DNA from: Candidatus Bathyarchaeota archaeon B24-2
GTDB lineage: Archaea; Thermoproteota; Bathyarchaeia; Bathyarchaeales; B24-2
Reading direction: 5' to 3'
DNA length: 40,054 nucleotides
NCBI GenBank assembly: GCA_002490245.1
Contig: PCNA01000003.1
Location: 1-40,054 of the forward strand
This document shows, in pieces, positions 35,085-40,054 of the stretch. A program made the position numbers and the translations under genes. The notes below the pieces were generated by a model. It was not told the origin of the DNA, made no database searches, and saw only the letters and a program-made list of their open reading frames with translations. Each line of letters starts with the position of its first letter. The first letter of the stretch is position 1.

Positions 35085-35411
35085 GTGAGTAGGGATAAAG
35101 TTATCCGCTTGAAAAGCTGGGAGGAATTTAAGCGTCTGGCTAAAGAAGTTAGGCCAAGGTCTATAGTCTACAATATAGAGCAAAGCGTCCCCGCTAGGGA
35201 GCTCACAGGCCTACGACTGATACTAGCAGCTCAGGGAACTCAATATGTCTTCCTAGACTTCCCGAAGGGGATGAAGCTTAGGGAAACCGGAATCTCACTT
35301 CACAGGGATAAAAACGGAAACCGCTATCTGAGAGACGAGGATGTAATAGACTTCGTTAAGAAGCAGCTCGATAGAGAAGACTTGACGGTTTGCTCTTACT
35401 GGACGATCTAA
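35085..35411 (+). CDS. hypothetical protein
   Basis: 108-aa ORF with a GTG start, 22 nt downstream of the Lrp-like gene. No motif was recognised. Confidence 0.45.
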   Translation: MSRDKVIRLKSWEEFKRLAKEVRPRSIVYNIEQSVPARELTGLRLILAAQGTQYVFLDFPKGMKLRETGISLHRDKNGNRYLRDEDVIDFVKKQLDREDLTVCSYWTI

Positions 35412-35875
35412 CGTGACTATCGGTTATATGGCGAACGAAACTATGAGCGTAGATATGGGTGTGAATCATCTTTCCTGAACGGGTCAACCCCACCTTTTTA
35501 TCATCACACGTTTATCACCGTTTATGACTACGCGGTCAAAACGAAGTTTTCTATACAACTTGAATTCACAATGAAAAGCGAATAAAACTTGTCGGGTGAA
35601 AACTTAAAATTTTCCAGATACATCAGACCCCGTACTATATAAACTTTTGACCCACGACTGAGAAGCCTTTCAGAGATAGCTAAGCCTAAACTGAAAAACC
35701 TTCAACCTTCGACTTAAACATCTGAAAACTCTTCAGCTACCTCACGGAACTATATAAACCGGACTAAGATATAGGATAAAAAGGAAGTAGAGTTCTCCAT
35801 GAAGCCTTAGCTAGAGGACGACGACCAAACATAGAGAGAACCGAACCTCCTTTAACAAACTTTCAGGCTTTAAAC

Positions 35876-35880
35876 AAAAA
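35876..35880 (-). terminator. T5 tract about 30 nt downstream of the tRNA-Pro 3' end
   Basis: The - strand reads CGTTTTTGTTTAAAG. Confidence 0.35.
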
Positions 35881-35909
35881 CGAATTCGCCTTTAATGAGT
35901 GAATGTTCT

Positions 35910-35987
35910 TGGTGGGGCCGCCCGGATTTGAACCGGGGTCACGAGAGCCCAAGTCTCGTAGCCTAGACCAAGCTAGCCGACGGCCCC
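35910..35987 (-). tRNA. tRNA-Pro (anticodon UGG) with genomically encoded CCA
   Basis: The reverse complement GGGGCCGTCGGCTAGCTTGGTCTAGGCTACGAGACTTGGGCTCTCGTGACCCCGGTTCAAATCCGGGCGGCCCCACCA folds as a cloverleaf. The acceptor stem is GGGGCCG/CGGCCCC, the anticodon stem CGAGA/TCTCG with loop CUUGGGC, and the T arm CCCGG-TTCAAAT-CCGGG. A TATA-like TTAATAAAC lies about 30 nt upstream. Confidence 0.93.
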
Positions 35988-36056
35988 GTAATCATGAAGT
36001 ATGTTGTTTGAGAAAGCGTTTATTAACGTTTTCTAAAACGAGGTGGAAAAAGGAGG

Positions 36057-36515
36057 TCATGATAAGATTTGTTTCGCTATCTCCATTCCGTATCGTCGAC
36101 AGGTTTTTGAGGTTTCCTCTTCGTCGTCGCCTGAAGCCCTTACGATTCCTGGAACGATCTTCATTTCATGGTGGAAGCCAAAGGCTAGCTCGAGCATTCT
36201 GATGCAGTCTTTTCCGTCTCTACGGGTTCCTGAGGAGGTGAAGCAACCTCCGACCTTACCTTTAAGCTGTTTGCCTCTATAGAGTTCTATCGATTCGTCG
36301 ATGAGCTTCTTTATCTGCCAAGCTACGTTGCTGAAGTAGGTCGGCGAACCCACGACTATTCCGTCTGCCTCGAGTAGGTCGCTTAACCCGCATTCCTCAA
36401 CCCTCTTCAACTCTACTTTGACCCCTAAGCTCTCGGCTCCCTTAGCGATTTCTTCAGCCATCCTCCCGGTATTACCCGTCCCCGTATAGTATACGATAAG
36501 CAGCTTCTTAGCCAT
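36057..36515 (-). CDS. flavodoxin-like FMN protein
   Basis: 152 aa with LIVYYTGTGNTGRMA at the N-terminus and GSPTYF. Confidence 0.75.
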   Translation of the reverse strand: MAKKLLIVYYTGTGNTGRMAEEIAKGAESLGVKVELKRVEECGLSDLLEADGIVVGSPTYFSNVAWQIKKLIDESIELYRGKQLKGKVGGCFTSSGTRRDGKDCIRMLELAFGFHHEMKIVPGIVRASGDDEEETSKTCRRYGMEIAKQILS

Positions 36516-36578
36516 CTCGACACCTCAAGAATCCTATAATCCCACTCTAAATTTTTAAGGTTATTCCGCATATTTTAT

Positions 36579-38891
36579 TTGGGGTCGACTTTGTCGAGAA
36601 GGGCTTTAAGGGTCATTAAGGCCTTTTCTTCAAGTCTTAGACTCAAGATCCTTAACCTCCTTCTCCTTAGAGGACAGCTCTCCTACACCGAGATAATGAA
36701 CGAACTTAAGCTCAACCCCGTAAGAGACGCGGGCAGGTTCGCCTATCACCTTAAACTCCTGTTGGAGTCAGACCTTATAGAGCTAGACCCTTCGACGAAG
36801 AGGTACAGGCTTACGGACCTAGGACGCAGGGTGATAGACGTAACCGAAGATATAGAGTCTAAGGTCTCCCCACATAGAAGGATGCTTGTAAGGACCAGTA
36901 AGGCCTCACTCGAAGAGTTCGATAGGAATAAGATCGTGAATTCCCTAGTGAAAGAGGCGAACGTTCCCTTAGAGGAGGCGCAGAGGGTAGCTAGGGAAGC
37001 AGAGCGGCGACTACAAAGGTTTAAAACAAGGTACTTAACCGCTCCACTCATCCGGGAGGTGGTGAACGCCGTCCTCCTAGAGAGGGGACTCGAAGAGTAT
37101 AGACATAAGCTTACTAGGTTGGGGCTCCCAGTCTACGACGTAACAAACCTCATAAAATCGGCTAGCGGTAGAGGGGTAGACGTGGATTCCATCGTCCGCT
37201 CCGCAGGTGAAAAGGTCTTCGCAGAATACACCTTACTCAACGTGCTCCCAAGAGACGTCGCAGACGCCCATCTCTCAGGAACCTTTCACATAGAGAACCT
37301 AGGAAACTGGATTCTCAAGCCCGACGGCTTCGTTCACGACTTAAGGTTTCTCTTCAGGTATGGAATCAGATTCGCCGATACATACTCCACGAAAACGATT
37401 TACCCGCCGCCTAAAAGCTATGAAGGGGCGTTACAGAGCCTAGTTAAACTGGTCTACGTTACCGCTGGTGAAGTGGTCGGCGAGCAGGCTTTACCCCACT
37501 TCAACGTCTTCCTAGCTCCGTTCATTAAGGGATTGAAGGAAGAGGAGATCCTAGAAGGTGTAAGAGGTTTCTTGACTATGGTTAACGGTATACAGGCAGA
37601 GTCTGGACCCGGCGTCTTATCCATAGGGTTAGACCTCTCGATCCCAAAGAGTCTCGCCGAGGAGGAGGCATACGGTATGGGAGGTGAAGCCCTCGGCGGC
37701 TACGCGGAATTTACGGACGAGAGCCTAACGTTAGCCTCAGCCTTCATGGAAGCTTTCCTAGAGCACTATAAAGGAAAACCGGGGATAAACGTCATACCGA
37801 TAGTTAACCTCCAAAAGGAAAATCTAAACGGTGAAGACGGTCTCCTCTATAAGGCGCATGAATTAGCGGCTGAGACCTCACTTCCCTTGTTTGCTGATCA
37901 GTCTAAGAGCAGAGGAGACTTAGTGTACATGGCCTCCGGTGTTAGGTTTAACTGTGATTGGACGGGTGATTGGGAGTTAGATACCCTCAGAGTAGGAGTA
38001 CTCGGAAGGGTCGACTTAAACCTGCCTCGACTATACTACGATAGCAGGGAGGAGGGTAGAAGGTTTGAGGTTCTGTTGGACGAGAGAGTAGAGATGGCTA
38101 TACGCGCTCTCGAAATAAAGTATAGAGCGATAAACCAGAGAGGAGAGGAGGGAGTGATCCCCTTCCTGTTTCATACATGGTCAGGTGACCGATACTTTCA
38201 TCTCAGAAACTCTATTCGCGTGTTGAGCATAGTGGGCTTGAACGAGGTGATCGCAGCGATCTTAGATCGTGAACTTAAGTATGGAGCCGAGGAAGCCCAT
38301 TTAGCAGAGAGAATACTCAAGCAGACCGTTAAGAGAATCGAAGAAAACGCTGGAGTATACAACGCGCGGGTAAGACTCTCCGCCTATCCCCATCCAGAAG
38401 CCGCCGAAAGGCTAGCCCGCCTCGACGTTGAGAGGTATGGGTGGTCTAAGGTTAAAGTTCAAGGCGACAAGGAGCATCCCATCTATACAGACTCAGGTTT
38501 GATTCCATTCTCCTCAGACATACCCTTAAAGACCAGACTTAGGTTTGAAGGTTTAATTCAGAAATACACGGGTGGAGGCCACTTAGCGGTGATACAGCTG
38601 GAAGACGTACAACATGAACCCGAAGAACTACTCTCCGCAACTATCACAGCGATCAAGGACTTCAACCTCAACCTATTCACGTATAATCTGGAGTCAACTT
38701 ACTGTCTAGCCTGCGGGAATAAAAGCTATGGGTCCCCCTTTAAGTGTCCTAAATGCGGTTCGGCAGACACCCTGGTCTATTACAGTCGACTGTTCGATAG
38801 GTACCTCCCCTTAAAATATTGGACAGAGGTTAGAGCATATCATAGACGATTCTATAAAAAATACAAGTTGAAGTCAGAGATTAAAGGCTAA
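36579..38891 (+). CDS. winged-helix + ATP-cone + NrdD-like domain fusion lacking the glycyl-radical glycine
   Basis: 770 aa with a TTG start. Residues about 10-90 look ArsR-like (LRLKILNLLLLRGQLSYTEIMNEL...RYRLTDLGRRV). Residues about 100-185 look ATP-cone-like. The body aligns by eye with the NrdD at 1831..3951 (GTFHIENLG vs GDFHIHDLG, FNVFLAPFI vs FDTYLAPFI, VDLNLPRLYY vs VTINLPRIGY). The zinc ribbon CLACG...CPKCG is kept. YSRLFDRYLPLKYW replaces YSRVVGYLRPVDQW. Confidence 0.8.
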   Translation: MGSTLSRRALRVIKAFSSSLRLKILNLLLLRGQLSYTEIMNELKLNPVRDAGRFAYHLKLLLESDLIELDPSTKRYRLTDLGRRVIDVTEDIESKVSPHRRMLVRTSKASLEEFDRNKIVNSLVKEANVPLEEAQRVAREAERRLQRFKTRYLTAPLIREVVNAVLLERGLEEYRHKLTRLGLPVYDVTNLIKSASGRGVDVDSIVRSAGEKVFAEYTLLNVLPRDVADAHLSGTFHIENLGNWILKPDGFVHDLRFLFRYGIRFADTYSTKTIYPPPKSYEGALQSLVKLVYVTAGEVVGEQALPHFNVFLAPFIKGLKEEEILEGVRGFLTMVNGIQAESGPGVLSIGLDLSIPKSLAEEEAYGMGGEALGGYAEFTDESLTLASAFMEAFLEHYKGKPGINVIPIVNLQKENLNGEDGLLYKAHELAAETSLPLFADQSKSRGDLVYMASGVRFNCDWTGDWELDTLRVGVLGRVDLNLPRLYYDSREEGRRFEVLLDERVEMAIRALEIKYRAINQRGEEGVIPFLFHTWSGDRYFHLRNSIRVLSIVGLNEVIAAILDRELKYGAEEAHLAERILKQTVKRIEENAGVYNARVRLSAYPHPEAAERLARLDVERYGWSKVKVQGDKEHPIYTDSGLIPFSSDIPLKTRLRFEGLIQKYTGGGHLAVIQLEDVQHEPEELLSATITAIKDFNLNLFTYNLESTYCLACGNKSYGSPFKCPKCGSADTLVYYSRLFDRYLPLKYWTEVRAYHRRFYKKYKLKSEIKG

Positions 38892-38940
38892 AAAGGCGGA
38901 AACGAAGGGCGTTCAAGCGGTTTTTAATACTCAAGCTTTT

Positions 38941-39897
<957 letters not shown>

Positions 39898-39923
39898 TCA
39901 CTAAATAATTTTCGGGAGGGGAA

Positions 39924-40054
39924 ATGCCTGAGGAGCTGTTACGTGTTTCGAAGATAAAGAAGGGTACCGTGATAGACCATATCACCCATGGATACGCTTT
40001 GGACATCCTTAAGATACTTGGGATTACCGGACGTGAGAGCTCTGGGGTTATAAC
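39924..40054 (+). CDS. pyrI: aspartate carbamoyltransferase regulatory subunit (N-terminal fragment, runs off the window)
   Basis: The translation [34 protein letters not shown] has the typical PyrI N-terminus. Confidence 0.8.
   Translation, partial: MPEELLRVSKIKKGTVIDHITHGYALDILKILGITGRESSGVI

Noticed and set aside
35490-35640. A replication origin, suggested by AT-rich DNA, TTTATCA iteron-like repeats and a TTCCAG segment.
   Set aside because: There is no orc1/cdc6 gene adjacent, no recognisable ORB or mini-ORB dyads, and only three short degenerate repeats.
35412-35987. An integrated element using tRNA-Pro as its attachment site.
   Set aside because: There is no integrase, transposase or viral/plasmid gene on either side. 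I did not see a repeat of the tRNA 3' half elsewhere in the window.
35903-36282. ORFs 35903..36202 and 36043..36282 on the + strand.
   Set aside because: They run through the tRNA-Pro gene and antisense to the flavodoxin gene, and show no motifs.

Overview
The window is a dense stretch of archaeal chromosome, about 90% coding. The archaeal assignment rests on CDP-archaeol synthase, Taw1, RadB, the aconitase-X/UbiD mevalonate route, BRE/TATA promoters and leaderless starts. No homology search was possible, so every family call comes from motifs read in the ORF translations. Most genes are housekeeping: nrdDG, taw1, thioredoxin, cooT-cooC, a core-MetE-like protein, gcvT, a type IA topoisomerase, radB-carS, nth and a UbiD-type decarboxylase convergent with the two aconitase-X subunits. 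The rest are an HD phosphohydrolase, tmk, a two-subunit class I fumarase, a 2-hydroxyacid dehydrogenase, tRNA-Pro(UGG), and pyrB with a divergent pyrI. Three loci stand out. (1) Positions 958..1125 fold into a 168-nt almost fully paired rod-like hairpin of about 71 bp. Its imperfections are nearly all G-U pairs on the + strand, and it has its own TATA-like box and an oligo-T tract. It lies antisense to both neighbours and overlaps the start of a small hydrophobic ORF that is coupled to a nuclease-like gene. (2) Positions 28116..35411 hold a translationally coupled operon of three radical SAM enzymes (two with B12-binding-like N-domains, one SPASM) plus a TauE/TSUP permease. It is transcribed divergently from an Lrp/AsnC regulator with a five-cysteine tail. 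A related palindromic box also sits at a second promoter, which drives a 21-codon ORF and a second TauE gene. (3) Positions 36579..38891 encode a second NrdD-like protein fused to an N-terminal winged helix and an ATP-cone. Its glycyl-radical glycine is replaced by Asp, which suggests a pseudoenzyme regulator. No CRISPR array, integrase, transposase or rRNA was seen.
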